Part shown: one piece after another, positions 16,490 to 24,985 of the stretch
Position numbering within the stretch: position 1 is the first letter of the stretch
Layout: each line of letters begins with the position of its first letter
Assembly (NCBI RefSeq): GCF_037902255.1
Contig: NZ_CP147990.1
Span: 3,390,001-3,422,000, forward strand
Direction: 5' to 3'
Length of the DNA stretch: 32,000 bases
From: Candidatus Electrothrix sp. GW3-4
Lineage (GTDB): Bacteria; Desulfobacterota; Desulfobulbia; Desulfobulbales; Desulfobulbaceae
Position numbers and translations under genes: made by a program
Notes under the pieces: generated by a model
What the model was told of the DNA's origin: nothing
The model's database searches: none
What the model saw: only the letters and a program-made list of their open reading frames with translations

Positions 16490-17499
16490 AATTTTGTTTT
16501 GCCAAGGATGCTGTTAATGATGTGCAGGAATACAGGCCATTGGACAATATTCTCAATGCTGCTCTGGATGGCTGGCATGAGTGGGAAATTGATGATCCAG
16601 AGATGCTGGAGCAAAGCGATTGGCTTCGGAACAGTCGGCAATATGTAAAAGAATTTTTTGAGAAATCTGTTCAAAGGGGAGCCTATTCAACGTCGAGTTC
16701 TCTGCACAAACGCAGTTGGCTTGTCACCAATCAGGGAAATGCTCTTGATGCCTTGACTCCGCAGGCCGCAGCTCTCTATTTTACAACGCCACTGCGTATA
16801 TGCGTCGAGAATGAATTTACAGACAGGTTATTTGTTGAGACCGTGCTGTTTTTTCTGGCTTCTCAGGAATTGAAAGATTTTCTCAGTCAGTTTGAACAGG
16901 GCCAAAAGAAGCCTGTTGAATATCTTCATGGGGGTGGCATAGATGAGCTTTGCAAGCTCATTGAACGGCGTGTTGATGAATCTGCTGCGCAAGGCATCCG
17001 ATTCCGAGCGGTGGTTATTACAGACAGCGACACGCGTTTTCCTAGTGACGATGGTGACATGCAGAAAAAGCCCTTGAAACTTGAAAGATTTTGCCAGGAA
17101 AATAACATTCCATGTGTAATTCTGAGGAAACGGACAATTGAAAATTATATCCCGGATGAAGTGCTGCGGGGGTGGGCTGATGGATTAACTTACCAGAAGA
17201 TTAAGGGGTTTGTAAACGCAGTTGGTAGGTTAAATTATGAACAACGGAATCATATGAGAATGAAGAAAGCATTCCCGGAACGGCTTCAAACTACAGAAGA
17301 AAAATTTCTGTACAGTTCAGTACCAAGTCAGGACAAAGAGGCTTTGAGCGAGAAAGATTTGGCCCCGGACCAGTCTCGCCGAGATTTGATTTATCTCCTT
17401 GATACCCACAAACAATATCTTACAGCAGATAGCCTGCGTAGACGGGATGGACAGGAAGAACTTGATCGCCTTGTCACTTTGATTGCTGAGGAGCTTTGA
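16486..17499 (+). CDS. Toprim-like (DUF4435/OLD-AriB-like) protein, putative nuclease
   Basis: 337-aa ORF with an ATGA overlap with the ATPase gene. It has a Toprim-type acidic pattern: LRICVENEFTDRLFVE (E108), HGGG, AVVITDSDTRF (D180/D182) and RKRTIENYIP. The assignment is by motif recognition only. Confidence 0.6.
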   Translation: MKFCFAKDAVNDVQEYRPLDNILNAALDGWHEWEIDDPEMLEQSDWLRNSRQYVKEFFEKSVQRGAYSTSSSLHKRSWLVTNQGNALDALTPQAAALYFTTPLRICVENEFTDRLFVETVLFFLASQELKDFLSQFEQGQKKPVEYLHGGGIDELCKLIERRVDESAAQGIRFRAVVITDSDTRFPSDDGDMQKKPLKLERFCQENNIPCVILRKRTIENYIPDEVLRGWADGLTYQKIKGFVNAVGRLNYEQRNHMRMKKAFPERLQTTEEKFLYSSVPSQDKEALSEKDLAPDQSRRDLIYLLDTHKQYLTADSLRRRDGQEELDRLVTLIAEEL

Positions 17500-17506
17500 A
17501 AGAACA

Positions 17507-19159
17507 ATGAATAATAATCAGACTGTTAAGCCGGAAGTATGGCAAGTCGTTGAGTTAGTACGGGATGCCGCAGGAGGTAAATTGCGCATTCCTGATTTTC
17601 AGCGTCCTTTTGTCTGGGACCGCAATCGGATGCTTGATCTGCTTGACAGTATTAGAAGACGTTACCCCATCGGCAGTCTCCTCGTTTGGGAAACAGAAGA
17701 ACAGGTAAGTTCCAAAGGCAACATCGGCCTTATTAAAATTAATAAAGAAAACAAAGGCAGTACTTCTCTGGTATTGGATGGTCATCAACGCATATCCACA
17801 TTAACCGGGGCGTTAATTGAGCCATCGGAAGATTCGATTTTTAAAGATGATCCTGATCCTGGCCGTTGGGAAATATGGTTTAATGCCAAAGAGGAACTAT
17901 TTGAACACCTTAGAGATAACGATAAACCGGAAGTATGGCATTTCCCTATGCGCAAGTTAATTGATACGTTTTCTTTTTTGGGTGAATGTCAAAGAATGTT
18001 GGATAATGGAGGAAAAGAGGGACCGCATTTTGTACAGAAAACGCAAGAGCTTCTGCGGAGCTTTGTAGACCAGCAGATTCCCGTTGTCAAAATAAGAAAT
18101 ACTGACTTATCTCAGGCCGTCAATATCTTCGCCCGTCTGAACTCTACAGGAAAAAAAATCAGCGCGGACGAAATGGCAGCGGCGATTACCTACAAAGAAG
18201 GCAGAAGCTCTTTAGCTAATTATATTGACGATTTGACAGAGATACTTACAGGATGGGGCCTTGGTAAAACAAACAGAACCATTATTTTGCGCGCTATCCT
18301 AGCTTGCATGGGGGATGATATTTACAGTACGAAATGGGATCGCTCAGAAAAAGATAAAGATTTCTACGACAAACTGGACAAAGGTATTGATTCAGTTAAG
18401 AATGCTATAGAACAGGCTGCAAAATTTCTTCATGAACAACTTGGTGTCAAGCATGACCGATTACTGCCTTATGCACAACAGCTGGTTGTTCTCGCAGCTT
18501 TTTTTTATGGTTGTAAAAAACCGACTCAGCAGCAGCAGGATTTTTTGCATCGTTGGTTTTGGGTCTCTTCCTTTACCGGGTGGTTCGCGTCCGGCAATCC
18601 TTCACGAGTGTCCGCTTTGGTTAAGGAAATGCGTGATGTAATATCCAAGGACCCAGTTCCACAATCCCTTGAAAACATGCGTATGGATGAACCGGCAGAA
18701 CCTTTTCCAAAATATTTTGACACGCGCAGTGCTAGAACAAGAACATGGCTCCTTATGATGCTTGAGCTGCAGCCATGCAATATGGAAGGAGTTCCAGTTA
18801 AAGAGTCTTGGAATTCGGTTGGTGAATATGGTCTCAGCTATATTGCGACAGGAGTAAAGGATAAGAATCTTCGTTCAAGTCCGGCTAATCGTATTTTGCG
18901 GCTTGATCCAAAAAATCGCGCTCAAGCCATGAATTGGCTCGTTCATTTGAATTCTGAAACTAACAGGAAGATACTCACTAGTCATGGTATTCCAGCAGAC
19001 AAACTGCACTTATTACAGGAGGGGAAACGTGATAAATTCCTTCAGGAACGACGAGATTATCTTGTTAATCTTGAAAGAGAATTTATGGAGAAAAAAAGGG
19101 TTACTCTGCCTTTGGACTCTACCCCTAAACCTGCTCCGATTGATACGGATACAGAATAG
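17507..19159 (+). CDS. DUF262 (GmrSD N-terminal / ParB-like NTPase) domain protein without recognisable DUF1524/HNH domain
   Basis: The ATG at 17507 lies 7 nt after the upstream stop, preceded by GAGGAG; the ORF-track TTG start at 17483 is the alternative. Motifs are RIPDFQRPFVWD, YPIGSLLVWE, LDGHQRISTL and IFARLNSTGKKIS. I saw no (D/E)H..P / HNH-like motif in the C-terminal ~300 aa. Confidence 0.8.
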   Translation: MNNNQTVKPEVWQVVELVRDAAGGKLRIPDFQRPFVWDRNRMLDLLDSIRRRYPIGSLLVWETEEQVSSKGNIGLIKINKENKGSTSLVLDGHQRISTLTGALIEPSEDSIFKDDPDPGRWEIWFNAKEELFEHLRDNDKPEVWHFPMRKLIDTFSFLGECQRMLDNGGKEGPHFVQKTQELLRSFVDQQIPVVKIRNTDLSQAVNIFARLNSTGKKISADEMAAAITYKEGRSSLANYIDDLTEILTGWGLGKTNRTIILRAILACMGDDIYSTKWDRSEKDKDFYDKLDKGIDSVKNAIEQAAKFLHEQLGVKHDRLLPYAQQLVVLAAFFYGCKKPTQQQQDFLHRWFWVSSFTGWFASGNPSRVSALVKEMRDVISKDPVPQSLENMRMDEPAEPFPKYFDTRSARTRTWLLMMLELQPCNMEGVPVKESWNSVGEYGLSYIATGVKDKNLRSSPANRILRLDPKNRAQAMNWLVHLNSETNRKILTSHGIPADKLHLLQEGKRDKFLQERRDYLVNLEREFMEKKRVTLPLDSTPKPAPIDTDTE

Positions 19160-19218
19160 TGGATATCCTTTCATCCAGTATTATCTCCTAAATGGAAATA
19201 TAACAGAATAAGCTAGCT

Positions 19219-19255
19219 GAAATAAGGACAAAGCAAGGAGCAATGTCCTTATTTC
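19219..19255. terminator. Bidirectional hairpin terminator between convergent genes
   Basis: A perfect 12-bp stem, GAAATAAGGACA (19219-19230) / TGTCCTTATTTC (19244-19255), with a 13-nt loop. It lies between the DUF262 stop (19159) and the receptor stop (19271). Confidence 0.6.
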
Positions 19256-19270
19256 AACTCCTTATCTTGC

Positions 19271-21318
19271 TTACACATCCAACGTCAACCGCAACCAGAA
19301 CGCCTGTCCCGGACTGACAGCATAGTTGGTGGTATCGTAGCCGCTCCAGGCCGCCTGGCTGTAATGCTCATCAAAGAGATTGTCAATATCCAGATTAACC
19401 CGCCAGCCTGTGCCGTTCTCGGTTACGCCCTCATAGCCCAGCGAGGCATCGGTCACATCATAGCCCTCGTATGAGATGGTGTTGCCCCCGTCAATATAAT
19501 AGCTGTCCACATGGCGCCACTTCATCCTGCCGCTGAAGCCAGAAGCCGCGTGATAGCGCAGGCCCAGGTTGGTGGTGTACTCAGGCACTCCGGTGATCTC
19601 CTTGCCCACCATTGCCGGATCCGGGTTGCTGGTGATCTCTGTGCTGATCACGGTCAGATCACCGAACAGCTCAAAGCCGGGTATGCCCGGTCGCAGGGTT
19701 GCGGACAGCTCCATGCCTTGCCGCCGGGTTTCCCCAGATTGACATAGTCCCCTGAACCGGACGGATATTCCTGAATCTCATCCTCGGTATCAATCAGGAA
19801 CAAGGTAAGATCAGCAGTGAGCACATCGCTCGGCTTGTAGAGCAGGCCGGTTTCATACTGATGCACGGTGGTGGCTGTGTCCCCGGCTGCTGAGTTGTAC
19901 TTGAGCACATCCGAGGGCAGGGCAAAGCCCTGACTGTAGCTGGCCCGAAAGTCCAGTGTCTCATGTAAAGGGCTGATGAAACCGATCTTGGGACTGAGAT
20001 GGCTATAATCGTTCATGTCCGAAGTGGACGGCGTGGAACCGGGATCGTTATCCTCATAATCCCCGGAAAAGGTATCGTAACGCAACCCCAGCCAGGGCTT
20101 AAAGAGAGGATGGAGGGCATAATCCGCCTGACCGAACAGGGACAGAGTGTTGATGCTGAAATCCCGGTCCTGAGTCTGCTCGCTACGGACCCGGTTTTCC
20201 GTATTATAGCGGACCCATCCCGTGGCCTCATGCAGATATTCGATACCGGCAACTCCCTTGAGTTCCTTATCTCTAAGGACTTGGCTGAAGTTATAGCTTG
20301 TTCCGGTGCCGTAGACTGTGCGGTCATAAAAGCGTTCTGTCTGTCCGCCCGGATCATAACCAAACTTGGCAAAGCGGGTGAAATCCTGCTGGGTGGAGTA
20401 TGCCCAGGCAAGAATCCGCCGATCCCCGCTCAGGTTATAACCCAGGTCAAGGCGTTCTGTGGTAAATGCCTTATCACCGCCGTCATCCTCGGCATTGACT
20501 GCCTGATTGCGCGATGCCTCTTCATCGTCAAACTGATCTTTGGGGATGTAGCCGGGGGCATCCCATTCCGAGGCATGAACACGAACCGAGAACGCTGCAT
20601 CCAGCTCCGGGGTGGCCTGCCAGCCCAGCCGCCCGCTGAAGTTGCCGCGCAGCCAGGAAGAGTTGTCCTGATAACCTCCTGTGGAGGAATACTGAAGGGC
20701 GGTGTTCAGTTGCAGGCTGTCGCTGAGGGCATGACCAAAGACATGCTGGAAATCATACGATTCATAGGAACCTGCGGTGGTCTGCACGGTATTATATTCT
20801 CCGTCCTTGCGGGTATGAAAGGAGATGGCACCGCCTCTGGCGAAATTACCGAACAGCGGCGAGGACGGCCCCTTAAAGACCTCCACCCGATCCAGTTCCA
20901 GCGGAATAATCACGTTCATATCCGCATAGCCATCAGCATGGGATTCCCCTTCGTTAAGAAGGATACCGTCGATTGCAACAGCTGCGTCACCGCCATGCCC
21001 GGCATTGCTGAATCCCCGGATGGTAAACTCATTGGCCACTCCACCCATGCCGTAGCGATGGATCTCAATGCCCGGCATTTCTTCCAAAATCTCCTCCGGT
21101 TGAGACAGGTTGAGTTCCTGAATCTCATCCCTGTCCACCGTATTCACGGTGCCCGGTTGGTCAGCCGGGGTAATGGCCTCACCCTTGACCGTGATTTCAT
21201 CCATAAGAATGGCCTGTTCTTTGTCAGGAGAGGATGCGGCCTGCACAATATGGGGCAAAACCATTGCGGTGAGGGTAAGGGTGCTGAATATCTTTCGTCT
21301 TCCTGATTGCTGGCACAT
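19271..21318 (-). pseudogene. TonB-dependent outer-membrane receptor, single frameshift in a G4 (C4 on plus strand) run
   Basis: The N-terminal ORF is trimmed to the ATG at 21318 (MCQQSGRRKIFSTLTLTAMVLPHIVQAASS signal, RBS AAGGAAG, TonB box DEITVKG). The C-terminal ORF runs 19271..19714. Adding one G at 19732-19735 yields ..DYVNLGETRRQGMELSATL.., a typical receptor barrel motif. Confidence 0.85.
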
Positions 21319-21409
21319 ATGTCTTCCTTGTTGTGTTGTTGCGGATAAAGGTACATCAGAGTGCTGATGTTGGTTGAACATGGGATGCGAATGTACCAAC
21401 TTGTTCATC

Positions 21410-21476
21410 ACCCGCACAATAAGGCAAAGAGCTCATTTTGTTGGAAAGAATACCCGGATATTCCGGGAGGCAGGGG
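21410..21476 (-). promoter_or_regulatory. Conserved structured 5' leader element, copy C (divergent second hairpin)
   Basis: CCCCUGCC-UCCCGGAAUAUCCGGG-UAUUCUU-UCC-AACAA-AAUGAGCUCUUUGCCUUAUU-GU-GCGGGU. It lies 91 nt upstream of the receptor ATG at 21318 and overlaps the over-extended ORF-track start at 21417. Confidence 0.5.
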
Positions 21477-21681
21477 AGCGCAGAATATGAGATGCGGCAG
21501 GAAATCCTTATGATTCAATCGTGATAGGGCATCAAGGGGCCTTTGGGTTGGGAGGTATTGCCCGGTTTGTCCTGTCTGCTTGGTTTATTTCCCTAAAGAG
21601 CCGGGTGGATTGTCTGTATGCCAAGGCTACAGGGCGAGACTTATTCCGGTTTGAGCCATTTCAGCAGGCCTGCGCGGCATG

Positions 21682-21710
21682 TCGACCTAATATACCTGTC
21701 GTATTATATT
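21682..21710 (+). promoter_or_regulatory. Possible sigma70-type promoter for the beta-helix protein gene
   Basis: TCGACC, a 17-nt spacer, then TATATT, about 100 nt upstream of the ATG at 21811. This is a hexamer match only. Confidence 0.25.
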
Positions 21711-21810
21711 GCAAGAATCAGAACAGGGGACCAAAATAGGGCGACAAATGTCCTGGAACTCGTCAAGGCGCTGGCATCATACCATCACAAAGAAAAAAAG
21801 GAGGAGAAAC

Positions 21811-23355
21811 ATGAAGATGTATTTCTGGAAACAGGCATGGCTGATGGCAGCCCTGCTACCTTGCCTTACAGCAGGTCAAGTACAGGCGGCAACGATCACG
21901 GCGGATGGAGACTGCACCTTGGCCGATGCCATAACTGCGGCCAACATGGACACCGCAACAGGTAGCTGCATTAGTGGGGATGCAGGGAAGGACATCATAG
22001 AGTTAACCTACAGCCCGCTTCTTCCAGAAGAAGTGGCTCCAGACCCAACAATGACAATTATTATCACCGACCCCATCGTTCCTACCGACCCCATTGATCC
22101 CACCGATAAAAAATGGCTGCCTCAAATTACAACGGAAATCCTCATCAATGGCAATGGCAATACTATTGATACCCAATATTATTCATCGTCCGGTTGTGTG
22201 CTGAGAATATCCAGCACAGGCAATCTCACCTTGAATGAGGTCACGGTCACTGGCGGACACCAAAACTCAACAGACAATGGAGGGGGGATTCATAATGAGT
22301 TCGGGGTTGTTACACTGATCAATTCCACGGTCACCAGAAACCAAGCAGCCGAGTATGGAGGGGGAATTTATAGTCACGGTGGCAGTCTTACGCTGATCAA
22401 CTCCACCGTCAGTGGAAACTGGGTATACCAAGAAAATGGCATGGAAATTTATAGTTATGGTGGAGGAATTTATGGTAATGATAGTAGCCTTACGCTGACC
22501 AATTCCACCGTCAGCAAGAACTGGGCATTCTCAGGCTATGGCGGAGGAATTTATACCATTTCCTCTACTCTCAACCTGACAGACTCCACGATCAGTGAAA
22601 ATGAAGCTCTGTTAGTCGGTGGGATTTATAGTGACAGTGGCAGCACCAGCACACTAACTAACTCCATAGTCAGTAAAAATGAGGCTTGCTACGGAGGAGG
22701 AATTTGTGCTTCTAATTCTACCCTCCAACTAATCAACTCCACGGTCAGCGAAAATTCGGCATTTCTCTATGACGTTGGAGTTAACTATGGTGGAGGAATG
22801 ATTATTGGTGACTCCACCGTCACGCTGACCAATTCCACCATCAGCGGGAATGAAGCCATCAATGATGGAGGAGGAATTTTTATTGTCAACTCCACTCTTA
22901 CACTGATCAGCTCTCTCATCAGCGGGAATAAGAGTACGGCCGGTGCAGGAAATGAATTGTATAACGTCAGTGAGCCCAGTACCATCTACGCCAACAGCTC
23001 CAATCTCTTCGGCCATAGAGGTGAAAGCGATACCAAGGCCTTTTTCAACTTCACCCCCGGCAACAGCGACATTAACGCCACCAGCGACGGCACCAACGGT
23101 ATTCTCAAGCCGACAGCACTGTCCACCATCCTTCTCCCTCTGGCCGACAACGGCGGCCCGACCCAGACCCATGCCCTGCCTGCGGGCAGCCCAGCCATTG
23201 ATCTTGATACAACATGCTCTGCCGGGCTGAGCACGGATCAACGCGGCGAACCCCGCCCGGTCACAGGCTGCGATACAGGTTCTTTTGAGGGCAGCATCAG
23301 CCTGAGCAGTGGCACAGCCTTCCTGCCATCGCTCTACCTTCTGTTGGACCACTGA
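21811..23355 (+). CDS. Secreted right-handed parallel beta-helix repeat protein (PbH1 / Pmp-like GGGI repeats) with CSLREA-like N-terminal motif
   Basis: RBS AAGGAGGAG precedes the ATG at 21811. The signal peptide is MKMYFWKQAWLMAALLPCLTAGQVQA. The motif CTLADAITAAN follows. There are about 8-9 degenerate repeats of the form GGGIY....SLTL.NSTVS.N.A. Confidence 0.75.
   Translation: MKMYFWKQAWLMAALLPCLTAGQVQAATITADGDCTLADAITAANMDTATGSCISGDAGKDIIELTYSPLLPEEVAPDPTMTIIITDPIVPTDPIDPTDKKWLPQITTEILINGNGNTIDTQYYSSSGCVLRISSTGNLTLNEVTVTGGHQNSTDNGGGIHNEFGVVTLINSTVTRNQAAEYGGGIYSHGGSLTLINSTVSGNWVYQENGMEIYSYGGGIYGNDSSLTLTNSTVSKNWAFSGYGGGIYTISSTLNLTDSTISENEALLVGGIYSDSGSTSTLTNSIVSKNEACYGGGICASNSTLQLINSTVSENSAFLYDVGVNYGGGMIIGDSTVTLTNSTISGNEAINDGGGIFIVNSTLTLISSLISGNKSTAGAGNELYNVSEPSTIYANSSNLFGHRGESDTKAFFNFTPGNSDINATSDGTNGILKPTALSTILLPLADNGGPTQTHALPAGSPAIDLDTTCSAGLSTDQRGEPRPVTGCDTGSFEGSISLSSGTAFLPSLYLLLDH
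22279..22950 (+). repeat. Degenerate in-frame tandem repeats (~23-26 codons each) encoding beta-helix coils
   Basis: Recurrent GGGI(Y/H/F)...(L/V)TL(I/T)NST(V/I)S(G/K/E)N units are visible in the translation. The repeats are imperfect at the DNA level. Confidence 0.6.
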
Positions 23356-23360
23356 GAAAT

Positions 23361-23387
23361 CTGGCCCTACTATCCTGGTAGGGCCAG
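23361..23387. terminator. Hairpin between convergent genes (beta-helix gene / hom)
   Basis: A perfect 10-bp stem, CTGGCCCTAC / GTAGGGCCAG, with a 7-nt loop. The U-tract is weak on either strand. Confidence 0.45.
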
Positions 23388-23405
23388 CGCACATCAAACC
23401 TTACC

Positions 23406-24710
23406 TTACTCCTCCTCCAACATCCTGATTTTCACCGTAGGCGCGGTAACAGCCTCCAGAGCATCAATCTCAGCCAGGGCCGCAGAAACAGCAGACTCTA
23501 CTGCTGTATGGGTCAACATAACAATAGAGACCGGCTCGCCCTCCTCACGTCCCTTCTGAATCACCGACTCAATACTGATTTCATGCTTACTGAGCACCAT
23601 AGAAACCGCAGCCAGCACCCCAGGCTGATCCAAGGCGGTGATACGAAAGTAATAAGGGCAGGCCAGCTGATCTATGGGGGTCACCTCACGATCTTTAATA
23701 TTCTCGGGCATATAAGAGAGTGACGGCACGCGACCCACAGAACCGGCAGCAATATCGCGGGCAATATCCATCACGTCAGCAGCTACTGCGGACCCGGTGG
23801 GCATTTTGCCTGCCCCCTGACCGTAGAGCAACACATTCCCCACCATATCACCGGTGAAATGGACCGCATTATAGGCCCCATTAATAGAGGCCAGCAGATG
23901 GGCATTCGGTACCATGGTGGGATGGACCCTGGCCTCCACATGGTCGCCATGATTGCGGCTGATAGCTAGCAGCTTGATCCGGCAACCAAACTCACGGGCA
24001 AACTCAATGTCAATGGGCTCAATACCGCTGATGCCCTCGGTGACGATTTCGTTATGGGTGATGTTCATACCGTAGGCCATGGTCATCAGGATAGCCAGTT
24101 TATGGGCCGTGTCAATACCCTCTACGTCATAGGTGGGATCAGCCTCGGCAAACCCTAGCTCCTGGGCATCTTTGAGCACCTCGACAAAAGGACTGCCCTC
24201 ATCGGTCATCCGAGTAAGGATATAATTGGCGGTCCCGTTGAGTATCCCCATGATAGAGAGGATCTCATTGGCCACCAGGCCTTCCTTCAGCCCCTTGATC
24301 AACGGGATACCACCGCCCACACTGGCCTCAAAGCCGACCTCGACCCCCTTGGCCGCCGCAGCGGCAAAGATTTCCTTCCCCTCCAAAGAAAGCAGGGCCT
24401 TATTAGCGGTCACCACATGCTTGCCAGTGGCAATGGCCTCCAGGACAAAGGTCTTGGCAGGCTGAATACCGCCGATCAGCTCGACAATGATATCGATATT
24501 CGGGTCGTTGATCAGCTCAGCAGCATCATTGGTCAAGGCAGTGTCAGCAAACTGCGCCGGTAACTCCTTTGTCGATATATCAGCAACCTTGGCCAGACGG
24601 ATGGTGAGACCACTGCGCTGCTGAAGACGTTCCTGCTGAGAAAGAAGCACCTCGGCCAGACCACTGCCCACTGTACCGAAGCCGATAAGCCCTACGTTCA
24701 CGTGTTTCAT
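23406..24710 (-). CDS. hom: Homoserine dehydrogenase
   Basis: 434 aa from the ATG at 24710 (MKHVNVGLIGFGTVGSG NAD-binding motif), followed by a catalytic domain and a C-terminal ACT domain. The ORF-track start at 24785 is probably an over-extension. Confidence 0.9.
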   Translation of the reverse strand: MKHVNVGLIGFGTVGSGLAEVLLSQQERLQQRSGLTIRLAKVADISTKELPAQFADTALTNDAAELINDPNIDIIVELIGGIQPAKTFVLEAIATGKHVVTANKALLSLEGKEIFAAAAAKGVEVGFEASVGGGIPLIKGLKEGLVANEILSIMGILNGTANYILTRMTDEGSPFVEVLKDAQELGFAEADPTYDVEGIDTAHKLAILMTMAYGMNITHNEIVTEGISGIEPIDIEFAREFGCRIKLLAISRNHGDHVEARVHPTMVPNAHLLASINGAYNAVHFTGDMVGNVLLYGQGAGKMPTGSAVAADVMDIARDIAAGSVGRVPSLSYMPENIKDREVTPIDQLACPYYFRITALDQPGVLAAVSMVLSKHEISIESVIQKGREEGEPVSIVMLTHTAVESAVSAALAEIDALEAVTAPTVKIRMLEEE

Positions 24711-24985
24711 GATAAAATTATATTGTAAAAGTATTTTGTTAGAGCATGAAGTTTCCCCTGCAAAGCAGGCATATTTCGGAATCATTCTTACCCTCTTTGT
24801 ACGCAGTTGTCAAAATATACGACCATATTTTTCATGGCATAAGCCTTCCAGTTGCTGTATAGTCGTGTTTCAACGAGCGGGGCCTCCCCGCTGTCCCAGG
24901 CGTTTTCTGCGGGCGGTTATCCTCTGTTACCAACAGGACAGGCAGATGCACTGTTCTTTCATCTTATATTCCAAAGGAGACAGTT

